From Candidatus Dormiibacterota bacterium (GTDB taxonomy: Bacteria; Chloroflexota; Dormibacteria; Aeolococcales; Bog-877), in assembly GCA_049279335.1 (NCBI GenBank), contig JBAPNX010000024.1:375211-439210 (forward strand): a stretch of DNA of 64,000 nt. The letters are read 5' to 3'. Within the stretch, counting starts at the first letter, position 1, and each line of letters begins with the position of its first letter. Below the pieces are notes generated by a model that was given only the letters and a program-made list of their open reading frames with translations, had not been told where the DNA came from and ran no database searches. Positions 19,947-28,403 of this stretch are shown here, in pieces. The position numbers and the translations under genes are program-made.

Positions 19947-20765
19947 GTGTCCTCAAAGCCGGTCGGGCGGGGGGAGGGGAGGCTCGCCAAACCACTGGTT
20001 GGAGCTCTGGAGTCGGCGCTGTCCGCGCTCAGCCACCGCTATGGCCCGGGGACGGTTCAGGCTGGAGTTCCACCACCGCTCCTGGGGCTGGCAACTGGGG
20101 TGAGCGTCCTGGACGCCCTCACCGGGTGCCAAGGTCTGCCCCGGGGCCGTATCAGCCGGTTGCTGGGCAAGCCTTCGTCTGGGGCGTTCGATCTCGGTTT
20201 AGCACTGGCGGCGGACGCGTCCCAGTCCGAATCGGTAGCCCTGGTCGACTTCACCCTGGAGGTGGATCCCGGCGCTGTCGAGGCCTATGGGGGTGAGCTG
20301 GACAACTTCTGGCTGGTCAGGCCAAGGAGCTCGGAGGAGGGTTGGGCGGCGGCCAGAGCCCTGGCCAAGGCGGGGGTGGGTCTCTGTCTGCTGGTGGCCG
20401 ATGACTGGTCCCGTCTCACCCCCGGCGCTGCCCCCGCGGCCCTGTTGGCTGCCCTCTCCGAAGGAGCTGGCGCGGGCTTGGTCCTGGGAGGAGGGCGGAT
20501 CCCGGCAGCACTCAAGGAGAGGATCTGCCTGGAGCTGGAGTGCTGGCGCCTTGATTGGTCTTGGGCCCATGGGGATATCTGTGGTCTCCGGACGAGGGTG
20601 CAGGTCAGCCGCAGCCATCTAGGTGCTCCTGGGGCCAGCTGCCAACTGCAGCTCAACTTTCCCCGGCCCTATCCCCTGCGGATCGGTCTCGAGGTGTCAG
20701 TGGCGGTAGGGGATGAGGAGTTGGCGGCGGAGCCACTGCCTCAGGCGGCTGGGAGTCAGCGGTGA
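19947..20765 (+). CDS. imuA: ImuA' - RecA-derived mutasome protein with degenerate Walker A
   Basis: 272 aa, alignable to the RecA core (ALESALSALSHRYGPG..., LDALTGCQGLPRGRISRLLGKPSSGAF..., ALVDFTLEVDP...), but the P-loop is GKPSSGAF rather than GPESSGKT. GTGA overlap with imuB. Confidence 0.65.
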   Translation: MSSKPVGRGEGRLAKPLVGALESALSALSHRYGPGTVQAGVPPPLLGLATGVSVLDALTGCQGLPRGRISRLLGKPSSGAFDLGLALAADASQSESVALVDFTLEVDPGAVEAYGGELDNFWLVRPRSSEEGWAAARALAKAGVGLCLLVADDWSRLTPGAAPAALLAALSEGAGAGLVLGGGRIPAALKERICLELECWRLDWSWAHGDICGLRTRVQVSRSHLGAPGASCQLQLNFPRPYPLRIGLEVSVAVGDEELAAEPLPQAAGSQR

Positions 20766-22003
20766 GCCAGAGCCGCAAGGCGCGCCTGGCCTGCCTCACC
20801 TTTCCCCACCTCGCGCTGGTGCTGGTTTGGCGTGCCCATCCCGAGCTCAAGCCAGAGCCGGTGTTGGTGGGGGGCCAGGGCCCTGGTGGCAGGCAGGTGG
20901 TGATGGCGGCTTCAGCGCCTGCCTGGGCCCGGGGGGTACGGCCCGGCCAGGATTGGCGTCGGGCGGAGGTCCTCTGCCCCTTGGGGGCTCGGTTCTCGGC
21001 CGACCCTGCAGCTTTGACCGAGCTGCGGCGGATCGCCCGGCTGGCGCTGGCCGCCTGCAGCCCGCTGGTGGAGTGGGGGGATGACGCCAGCGCCTACGTC
21101 GATCTGGCCGGAAGCGATCCCATCAGGCCTCAGGAGGGGTTGCGGGCCGCTCAATGTGGCCGTGCCATCGAGGAGGCTCTGGGAGTGACGCCCAGTGTCG
21201 GCGTGGGTCCCTCTCGCTTCTCCGCCTGGGTGGCGGCTCAGCTGGCAGCCCCGGGCCGGGTGCGCCTGGTCCCGGAGGGAGAGGCCGCGGAATTTCTGGC
21301 CAATTGGCCGGTAACCGAACTGCCGATCCCTCCCCAAGTCGCGGAGCGGCTGGTTCAGTTCGGTCTCCATACCTGTGGCGATTGCGCCTCGATCACCATG
21401 GTGGAGCTACAACGCCAGTTCGGTCCGGATGGGATTCTTCTCCACCGACTCTGCCGGGGACAGGACTCAGCCGGGGTCGATCCCTGGTGGGCGGCACTCC
21501 CCTGTGGGGTGCGCCGGGTCCTGGCGGGGGGAGTCGACGACTCCGAGTCGCTTCGCTTCGGTGCCGCCGAGCTGGCCAGAGGCTTGGCCCAGGAGCTGTC
21601 CCGCCAGGGACAGGCGGCGGGACGGATACGGCTGCTCCTGCGCGGCGAGGACGAGACCAGGCATCCGGCTCAAGCGGACCGGCAACTCTGGTGGGGTGAG
21701 GTGGCGCCCCCCGCTCCCATGGCCACCGCCGATGAGCTGATGGGGCCGCTGCTCAGCCTTTTCAGCAAAGCTCGTCTCCTAGCCCCAGTGACGGTGGTGG
21801 AGCTGGAGGCCTTGGACCTGGTTGCTCCCCCGGTGAACCAGATCGGACTCTGGCAGGGGCGGGCGGCTGACCGAGAGGTGATCAAGCGGGCGGTGGACCG
21901 ACTCCACGACCGATTCGGCACCGGTCTGGTCTGGCGGGTGGAGGTACGTCCAGGGCACCCTGGGGACGTACCCGAGGAGCGGCTGGTCTGGAACTCCCGT
22001 TGA
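20762..22003 (+). CDS. imuB: ImuB - catalytically inactive Y-family polymerase-like mutasome protein
   Basis: N-terminus LACLTFPHLALV lacks the catalytic Asp/Glu of Y-family polymerases but keeps the fold motif LGVTPSVGVGPSRFSAWVAAQLA (compare G.T.S.GIA.NK.LAK). Lies between imuA' and dnaE2. 413 aa, which is shorter than the 527-aa M. tuberculosis ImuB. Confidence 0.7.
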   Translation: MSQSRKARLACLTFPHLALVLVWRAHPELKPEPVLVGGQGPGGRQVVMAASAPAWARGVRPGQDWRRAEVLCPLGARFSADPAALTELRRIARLALAACSPLVEWGDDASAYVDLAGSDPIRPQEGLRAAQCGRAIEEALGVTPSVGVGPSRFSAWVAAQLAAPGRVRLVPEGEAAEFLANWPVTELPIPPQVAERLVQFGLHTCGDCASITMVELQRQFGPDGILLHRLCRGQDSAGVDPWWAALPCGVRRVLAGGVDDSESLRFGAAELARGLAQELSRQGQAAGRIRLLLRGEDETRHPAQADRQLWWGEVAPPAPMATADELMGPLLSLFSKARLLAPVTVVELEALDLVAPPVNQIGLWQGRAADREVIKRAVDRLHDRFGTGLVWRVEVRPGHPGDVPEERLVWNSR

Positions 22004-22248
22004 CTTCGATCGAGGTTCGATCCGGAGGTGTGGCGGCTAGTCCACTGGCGGTGGACACCGGCACCGGCTGGGTGGGGGTGGAGGAGGTGGTGGAGCGCTG
22101 GCGAGTCGAGGTGGGCTGGTGGCGGGTCCCCTCTGAGCGTCCGGTCCAGCGCAGCTGCTGGCGAGTGCTGCTCGCGGATGGCCGCTGCCTCGACCTGCGG
22201 CTGGATCTGGCCTCCCGGCGTTGGGGGTTGGAGCGGACCTGGGGATGA
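22000..22248 (+). CDS. Small Trp/Arg-rich hypothetical protein overlapping the imuB stop (possible detached ImuB C-terminal module)
   Basis: 82-aa ORF with TTG start overlapping the imuB TGA (TTGA): ...VVERWRVEVGWWRVPSERPVQRSCWRVLLADGRCLDLRLDLASRRW. No recognisable domain. Confidence 0.35.
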   Translation: MTSIEVRSGGVAASPLAVDTGTGWVGVEEVVERWRVEVGWWRVPSERPVQRSCWRVLLADGRCLDLRLDLASRRWGLERTWG

Positions 22249-22346
22249 GACCGAACGTCTTCTGCTAGCGTCACTACATGCCCGACCGCCCGGCCACATC
22301 GACCTCGCCTCCGCCTTCGAACGCCCCACCCGGCGGGCGGCCGCCC

Positions 22347-24278
22347 ATGAACTACCGCTCGATGCGCAACTGGCTGCCGCTGATCATCATCCTGGTCCTC
22401 AACGTCCTGATCGTGAACGTCTTCCTGGCTCCATCCGCCCCCAAGACCATCACCATCCCCTACAGCACCTTCGTCAAAGACGTCGGCGGGAACGACGTCA
22501 GCAGCATCACCACCAGCTCGGGAACGATCAACGGCACCTTTCGGCATCTGACCGGGACCACCGCCACCTCCAAGACCAAGGCCAGGTATTTCACCACCCA
22601 GGTGCCCAGCTTCGCCGGGGGCGGCCTGGAGACCCTGCTCCAGAAGCACAACGTGACCATCAACGCCGAGAGCACCCTCACCCCCTTCTGGGAGGAGCTG
22701 CTGCTCAGCTTTGGTCCCACCTTGCTGATCGTCTTCGGCTTCATCTATTTGATGCGCCGGGTCGCTGCCTCGTCCAGTGGTGGCCTCTTCAGCATGGGGC
22801 GGAGCCAGGCCCGCCTCTACGATGCGGAGCGACCGGCCACCACCTTCGCCGATGTCGCGGGGATCGAGGAGGCAAAGGAGGAACTCGAGGAAATCGTGGA
22901 TTTCCTGCGCCAACCGGCCAAGTACCAACGCCTCGGTGGCACCGTGCCCAAGGGAGTGCTGCTGGTGGGGCTGCCCGGCACCGGAAAGACCCTTCTAGCC
23001 CGGGCGGTGGCGGGCGAGGCCAAGGTGCCCTTCTTCAGCCTCTCGGCCTCGGAGTTCATCGAGATGATCGTGGGAGTGGGTGCGTCGAGGGTCCGGGACC
23101 TCTTCACCAAGGCCCGGGCCGCGGCCCCGGCCATCATCTTCATCGACGAGCTCGACGCCATCGGGCGCAGCCGGGGAGCCGGGCCGAGCTTCGGGGGCCA
23201 CGATGAGCGCGAGCAGACGCTGAATCAGATCCTCACCGAGATGGACGGATTCGACTCCCGCGAGGGCGTGATCGTTCTCGCTGCCACTAACCGCGCCGAC
23301 GTGCTGGATCCGGCGCTGCTCCGGCCCGGGCGCTTCGACCGCCGGGTCATGGTCCAGCCCCCGGACCGGGTGGGCCGGGCCGCGATCCTCAAGATCCACA
23401 CCCGGGGAGTGCCCCTGGCCGATGACGTTGATCTCAACATCGTGGCCTCCCAGACCCCAGGACTGGTGGGCGCCGAGCTCCGCAACCTGGTTAACGAGGC
23501 GGCGCTCCTGGCCGCACGCCGCGACCGCAAGGCGGTGGCCATGGCCGACTTTACCGACGCCTTTGAGAAGGTACTCCTGGGGGCGGCCAGACGAATCGTT
23601 CTCTCCGAGGAGGACCGACGCCGCACCGCCTGCCACGAGAGCGGTCATGCCCTGCTGGGGCTGCTCATCCCCGAGGCCGACCCGGTGCGACGGGTTTCGA
23701 TCGTGCCTCGAGGGCGGGCCCTAGGGATTACGGTCCAGTCCCCGGTCGACGACCGCCAGAACTACCCCGAGACCTACCTCCGGGCCCGCATCGTCGGGGC
23801 GCTCGGGGGCCGGGCCGCTGAGAAGCTGGTCTACGACGTGGTCACCACCGGCGCCGAGAGCGACCTCCAGCAGGTGACGATCATCGCCCGGCAGATGGTG
23901 GTCCACTGGGGGATGAGCCCATTGATTGGTCCGCTCAACCTGACCGAGGAGCCAGACCAGCAGGCCCTGGTGATGCCGCAGCGGGCTTACAGCGAGGTGA
24001 CCGCCCAGGTGATCGATTCCGAGGTAAAGCGGATCGTGGAGGAGTGCTTCGCCGAGGCCTGTGATCTGCTGAGCAAGAATCGGGACAAGCTGGAGGCGTT
24101 GACCCAGGCCCTGCTGCGCGACGAGTCCCTCGACGAGGATGAGATCCTCAAGGTCACCGGCCTTTCCCCCAAGCCCAGCGCGGCACCGCCGCCTGCGATC
24201 TCCGGCAATGGGGTGGGCGGGGCTCCTCCCGAGCCGGACCCCGCCCACGAGCACCCTGCTCCCGAGCCGGTCCGCTAG
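22347..24278 (+). CDS. ftsH: ATP-dependent zinc metalloprotease FtsH
   Basis: N-terminal TM helices. AAA module with [17 protein letters not shown], and [26 protein letters not shown]41 HEXXH site [13 protein letters not shown] at 22347; the upstream part of the listed ORF is Pro-rich and non-native. Confidence 0.9.
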   Translation: MNYRSMRNWLPLIIILVLNVLIVNVFLAPSAPKTITIPYSTFVKDVGGNDVSSITTSSGTINGTFRHLTGTTATSKTKARYFTTQVPSFAGGGLETLLQKHNVTINAESTLTPFWEELLLSFGPTLLIVFGFIYLMRRVAASSSGGLFSMGRSQARLYDAERPATTFADVAGIEEAKEELEEIVDFLRQPAKYQRLGGTVPKGVLLVGLPGTGKTLLARAVAGEAKVPFFSLSASEFIEMIVGVGASRVRDLFTKARAAAPAIIFIDELDAIGRSRGAGPSFGGHDEREQTLNQILTEMDGFDSREGVIVLAATNRADVLDPALLRPGRFDRRVMVQPPDRVGRAAILKIHTRGVPLADDVDLNIVASQTPGLVGAELRNLVNEAALLAARRDRKAVAMADFTDAFEKVLLGAARRIVLSEEDRRRTACHESGHALLGLLIPEADPVRRVSIVPRGRALGITVQSPVDDRQNYPETYLRARIVGALGGRAAEKLVYDVVTTGAESDLQQVTIIARQMVVHWGMSPLIGPLNLTEEPDQQALVMPQRAYSEVTAQVIDSEVKRIVEECFAEACDLLSKNRDKLEALTQALLRDESLDEDEILKVTGLSPKPSAAPPPAISGNGVGGAPPEPDPAHEHPAPEPVR

Positions 24279-25015
24279 AACCAGATCCGCATCGCGATCC
24301 CCAGCTCGCGGTCGGTCTCGTCAGCATGGCTAGGGACCCAGCTGGCCTTGCCGGCGACGATTCGACGGGCGGTCCAGAGGCAGGCGTAGGCGTCCAGCGC
24401 GTCCTCGCTTGAGGGGCGGCGGGGATTGACCCCAGCCACCTCGGCGAACTCGGCCAGTAGCAGCCGCCGCCGGTGGGACCGCCCCTCGACGGTGTGCTTG
24501 GACCCGAGCGCGGCCCCGCCGAGCTCGCGAAAGGCAAGTTCCGGGTGACCCTCGTAGAACTTCTGAGCGTCTCCGCGTACCAGCGCCTCGTCGACCTCCC
24601 GGACCTTGGCCAGGATCCCGAAGGCCTGGCGCGACAAGCCCTTGCCCTCGATCTGGCGCCGGATGTCCTGGGCCTGCTGGTAGCTGGTTGCGCTCAGCAT
24701 CGGGCGCAGAGGGGCTGGGAACACGCTGGTGAGGCGGGGCCACCCCAGGAGTCGGCGGGCCTCCAGGTCGCAGGCTCGGGCGCCTCGCGTGGGCAGCCCG
24801 ATGGGGATGTCGAGGACGGCGGCTAGCACCGAGTGTCGGTTGCTGACGGCGGCCAGGAGGGGGGTGTCCCAGTGCTCCAGGGAGGTGGTCTGGTCGGCGT
24901 ACTGGAGGGCCACCATCCAGCCACCGGGGCAACCATCGGCGCCTATCAGCCTAAGGGCGGAGGGCACTGGCAAATCGTAGACCTGAGGGGAGTTGGAGGC
25001 CACTAAAGCGAACAT
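24275..25015 (-). CDS. DUF429 family protein (predicted RNase H-like nuclease)
   Basis: LRLIGADGCPGGWMVAL matches the DUF429 GIDGC.GGW signature. 3' end overlaps the ftsH stop (CTAG shared). The 5' end is uncertain: candidate starts at 25015 (ATG), 24973 (TTG) and 24967 (GTG). The longest one overlaps the dnaE2 SOS box. Confidence 0.55.
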   Translation of the reverse strand: MFALVASNSPQVYDLPVPSALRLIGADGCPGGWMVALQYADQTTSLEHWDTPLLAAVSNRHSVLAAVLDIPIGLPTRGARACDLEARRLLGWPRLTSVFPAPLRPMLSATSYQQAQDIRRQIEGKGLSRQAFGILAKVREVDEALVRGDAQKFYEGHPELAFRELGGAALGSKHTVEGRSHRRRLLLAEFAEVAGVNPRRPSSEDALDAYACLWTARRIVAGKASWVPSHADETDRELGIAMRIWF

Positions 25016-25022
25016 CAGTTCG
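25009..25022. promoter_or_regulatory. LexA (SOS) box upstream of dnaE2, with adjacent -10-like TATCAT
   Basis: gCGAACatcaGTTCGt is a perfect CGAAC-N4-GTTCG palindrome. TATCAT sits at 25023-25028, only 6 nt before the dnaE2 ATG (25035), suggesting a leaderless or very short-leader transcript. Confidence 0.6.
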
Positions 25023-25034
25023 TATCATGTGGCG

Positions 25035-28000
25035 ATGCCTCAGCTCAGCTTCTCGGAACTCTGGGCCCGTTCCTACTTCTCCTTTTTGGAAGGTGCCAGC
25101 GCCCCCGAGGCGATGGTCGCCCGGGCCGCCGAACTGGGGATGGCCGCCTTGGGCCTGGTGGATCGAGGCGGCCTATATGGAGCGGTACGGTTGGTCCAGG
25201 CTGCCGAGAGGGTCGGGCTGGCTGCCATGGTGGGGGCGGAACTGGACCTGGAGGGTGGGGGCCGACTGGTCCTGCTGGCCACCGACCGCCCCTCGTACCA
25301 ACAGCTCTGCCGAGCGGTGAGCCGGGCCCAGTTGGCGGGGGACAAGGGGGCCCACCGCCTCCACCTGACGGGACTGCAAGCAGTCCTCGCCGACGCTGCG
25401 GGCAGGGTAGGCGGTGAGCGCGATGCCGTCCCCTTGCCAGCGCTGACCCGGCGACGGAGCCGGCAGGACGGAGCGGAGGTCGCCGCTGACAGCCAGGTGG
25501 CGCCGGAGCAGGTCAGCCGCTGCACGGTGATGGCGGGAGGACCCCACAGCCCCATCAGCCTGGCCCTTCTCCGTGGTGACAGGGAGGCGGCCGATCGGGC
25601 TGCCCTGGCCCTCCGCGAAGCCTTCCCCAGAGGCCTGGTCTACCTCTCCATGCACCACCATCTCCATCCCGGAGACAGCTGGCTGGCGGCGGAGACCGCC
25701 GCCTGTGCGCTGCGGACTGGGGTGGGTCTCTTGGTTTCAGGCGCTCCCCGTTATGCCACAGCTCCCGAGGCGTCCCTCTTGGACGTGCTCACCGCCATTC
25801 GCCACAACTCCACCCTGGATGAGGCAGCCGAGCGAGGGCTGCTACTGCCCAACCACCAGTACCAGATGCGAGATGGGGACCAGCTGAGGGAGCTGCTCCC
25901 ATATCCGGCTGCCTTCCAGGCCACCGCCGATCTGGCTGCCCGAGCCGAGCTCAAGCTCGACTTCCGCCACAGCCGCTTCCCCGGCTTCAGGGCGCCTTCG
26001 GGACTGAGCCCCGATCAGTACTTGGAGCAGCTCTGCCGCCGAGGGCTGCCGAGCAGATACCCGACTCCCAGCGCTGAAGTTGAGGCCCGGCTGGTCCATG
26101 AGCTCCGGGTCATCGCCAAGTGCAAACTGGCCGAGTTCTTTCTCATCGTCTGGGAGCTGATGGACTTCGCCTCCCGCGAGGGGATACCGGCCCAGGGCCG
26201 GGGTTCCGCCGCCGACAGCCTGGTGGCCTACCTGCTGGGCATAACCCGGGTCGACCCCATTGCTCACCGCCTGCTCTTTGAGCGCTTTCTCCACGAGGAG
26301 ATGCAGGGCACTCCCGACATCGACATCGACATCTCGACTGCCCACCGGGAGCAGTTGCTCCGCCACGTCTACGACACCTACGGCCAGGATCGCACCGGGA
26401 TGGTGTGCACCGTCATCACCTTCCAGCTCCGGATGGCGGTCCGCCAGGTAGGGGCCGCCTTCGGGCTGCCCCAGCCGGTGGTGGACAAGCTCAGCCGCTC
26501 GGTGGACCGCTGGTACGGGAAGGGCGAGCAGGCCATGGTCGCCCAGCTGCTGGAGTCGGCTGGCGAACTCCCGGAACAGGTCCTGGTCTCACCGTCCTGG
26601 CGCCAGTTCGCCAGCATGGTGGAGGCGGTGGTGGGAGTGCCGCGCCATCTCTCCATCCATGTCGGCGGCATGCTGGTCACCGGAGAGCCGCTCTGGGATA
26701 TCGCCCCCTTGGAGCGAGCCACCATGCCCGGCCGGGTGGTGGTCCAGTTCGACAAGGACGACGTCGAGGACCTGGGCCTGATCAAGATCGACCTGCTTGG
26801 GCTGCGCACCCTCTCGGTGGTGGCCGAGACCCTTGACGAGCTGGAGCAGGCCACCGGTGAGCGCCCCGACCTGGAGGCACTGGACCTAGCCGACCCAGAG
26901 GTCTATGCCATGTGCGCCAGGGCTGACACCATCGGGGTCTTTCAGATCGAGTCGCGGGCCCAGCAGCAGACCCTGCCCCGCACCAACCCCAAGGAGTTCA
27001 ACGACCTGGTGGTCGAGGTGGCGATCATCCGGCCCGGCCCCATCCAGGGCAAGGCGGTCCACCCCTACATGCGCCGCCGCCAGGGTCGTGAAGAGGTGAG
27101 CTACCTCCATCCGCTGCTGGAACCGATCCTCCACGACACCCTGGGGGTGATCCTCTTCCAGGAGCAGATCCTGGAGATCGCCATGCAGCTGGCGGGATTC
27201 AGCGCCGGGGAGGCCGATCGCTTCCGCCGGGCCATGAACCGCCATCGCTCCCGGGTGGAGATGGGCTCCCTGGAGCAGGGATTTCTGGACGGCTGCTCTC
27301 GCCACCAGGTGTCGAGGGAGGTGGCGGCCGAGCTGTTCGAAGCAGTGAGGGGCTTCGCTGAGTTCGGTTTCTGCCGCAGCCATGCCGCCGCCTTCGCCCG
27401 CACCGCCTACGAGACCGCCTGGCTGCGGCTCTACCATCCCGCCGCCTATCTGGTGGGGCTGCTCAACCACCAGCCCATGGGTTTCTATCACCCGTCGGTG
27501 CTGGTCGAGGACGCCAAGCGGCGCGGAGTCAAGGTGCTCTCCGTGGACGTCAACCTCAGCCGGAGCCGCTGTCATCTGGAGGAGGGATCCAGGACTCCCC
27601 GCCAATTCGGCGTCCGACTCGGCTTCAACTACGTCAGAGAGCTGGGCGGGAACCTGGGTGAAGAGCTGGATCGAGAACGTGAGCTGGGCCCGTACCGATC
27701 ACCGGAGGACTTCTGGCGCCGTACCGAACTCTCCCGACCGGCGCTGGACTCCCTGGTGATGGTGGGTGCCCTGGACAGCTTTGGTGAGTCCCGCCGCAAA
27801 CTGCTCTGGCGGCTCAAGACGGTAGAGGAGGAGCTGGCGGGGAGCCGCGGACCGCGATCCACCCTCATCCCCGGACAGGCTGAACCGGTGAGTGCCAGGC
27901 AGCAGCAGTTGCTGGCGCTGCCGGCGGAACCACCGCGGCTGGCGGATCTGACCGCGAGGGAGCGGGCCGCGGCCGACTACCGAATCATGGGTCTGACCAC

Positions 28001-28403
28001 CGGAGAGCACCTGGTCTCCTTCCTGCGGCCGCAGCTGGCCGAACTGGGGGCGATTCCTCTGGCTGAGGTGAGAGAGGCGGGCAATGGCAGAAGGGTGCGG
28101 GCCGCCGGGCTGGTGATAACCCGCCAAGCGCCCTACTCCGCCCACGGCATGCGCTTCTTCACCGTGGTTGACGAGACGGCGCACCTGGACCTGGTTCTCC
28201 GCCCCCAGGTCTACCGGGCCCACCGGTCCTGGGCCAACCATGAGCCGGTGATCTGCGCCGAGGGGGTGTTGCAGGTGGCGGACGGGGCCCTCAGCCTCCT
28301 GGTCGAGAAATTGCTGCCACTACCCCGGCCGGTGCCCCAGGCGGCTGACCCTAGCCCGACCGACTCGTTGTTCCCCGCCCCGTCGGCTCACGACTACCAC
28401 TGA
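25035..28403 (+). CDS. dnaE2: Error-prone DNA polymerase III alpha subunit DnaE2 (ImuC)
   Basis: N-terminal PHP domain (FSFLEGASAPEAMVARAAELGMAALGLVDRGGLYG), polIIIalpha core and C-terminal OB fold. 1123 aa from ATG 25035, typical of DnaE2 rather than the replicative DnaE1 (about 1180 aa). Confidence 0.85.
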   Translation: MPQLSFSELWARSYFSFLEGASAPEAMVARAAELGMAALGLVDRGGLYGAVRLVQAAERVGLAAMVGAELDLEGGGRLVLLATDRPSYQQLCRAVSRAQLAGDKGAHRLHLTGLQAVLADAAGRVGGERDAVPLPALTRRRSRQDGAEVAADSQVAPEQVSRCTVMAGGPHSPISLALLRGDREAADRAALALREAFPRGLVYLSMHHHLHPGDSWLAAETAACALRTGVGLLVSGAPRYATAPEASLLDVLTAIRHNSTLDEAAERGLLLPNHQYQMRDGDQLRELLPYPAAFQATADLAARAELKLDFRHSRFPGFRAPSGLSPDQYLEQLCRRGLPSRYPTPSAEVEARLVHELRVIAKCKLAEFFLIVWELMDFASREGIPAQGRGSAADSLVAYLLGITRVDPIAHRLLFERFLHEEMQGTPDIDIDISTAHREQLLRHVYDTYGQDRTGMVCTVITFQLRMAVRQVGAAFGLPQPVVDKLSRSVDRWYGKGEQAMVAQLLESAGELPEQVLVSPSWRQFASMVEAVVGVPRHLSIHVGGMLVTGEPLWDIAPLERATMPGRVVVQFDKDDVEDLGLIKIDLLGLRTLSVVAETLDELEQATGERPDLEALDLADPEVYAMCARADTIGVFQIESRAQQQTLPRTNPKEFNDLVVEVAIIRPGPIQGKAVHPYMRRRQGREEVSYLHPLLEPILHDTLGVILFQEQILEIAMQLAGFSAGEADRFRRAMNRHRSRVEMGSLEQGFLDGCSRHQVSREVAAELFEAVRGFAEFGFCRSHAAAFARTAYETAWLRLYHPAAYLVGLLNHQPMGFYHPSVLVEDAKRRGVKVLSVDVNLSRSRCHLEEGSRTPRQFGVRLGFNYVRELGGNLGEELDRERELGPYRSPEDFWRRTELSRPALDSLVMVGALDSFGESRRKLLWRLKTVEEELAGSRGPRSTLIPGQAEPVSARQQQLLALPAEPPRLADLTARERAAADYRIMGLTTGEHLVSFLRPQLAELGAIPLAEVREAGNGRRVRAAGLVITRQAPYSAHGMRFFTVVDETAHLDLVLRPQVYRAHRSWANHEPVICAEGVLQVADGALSLLVEKLLPLPRPVPQAADPSPTDSLFPAPSAHDYH

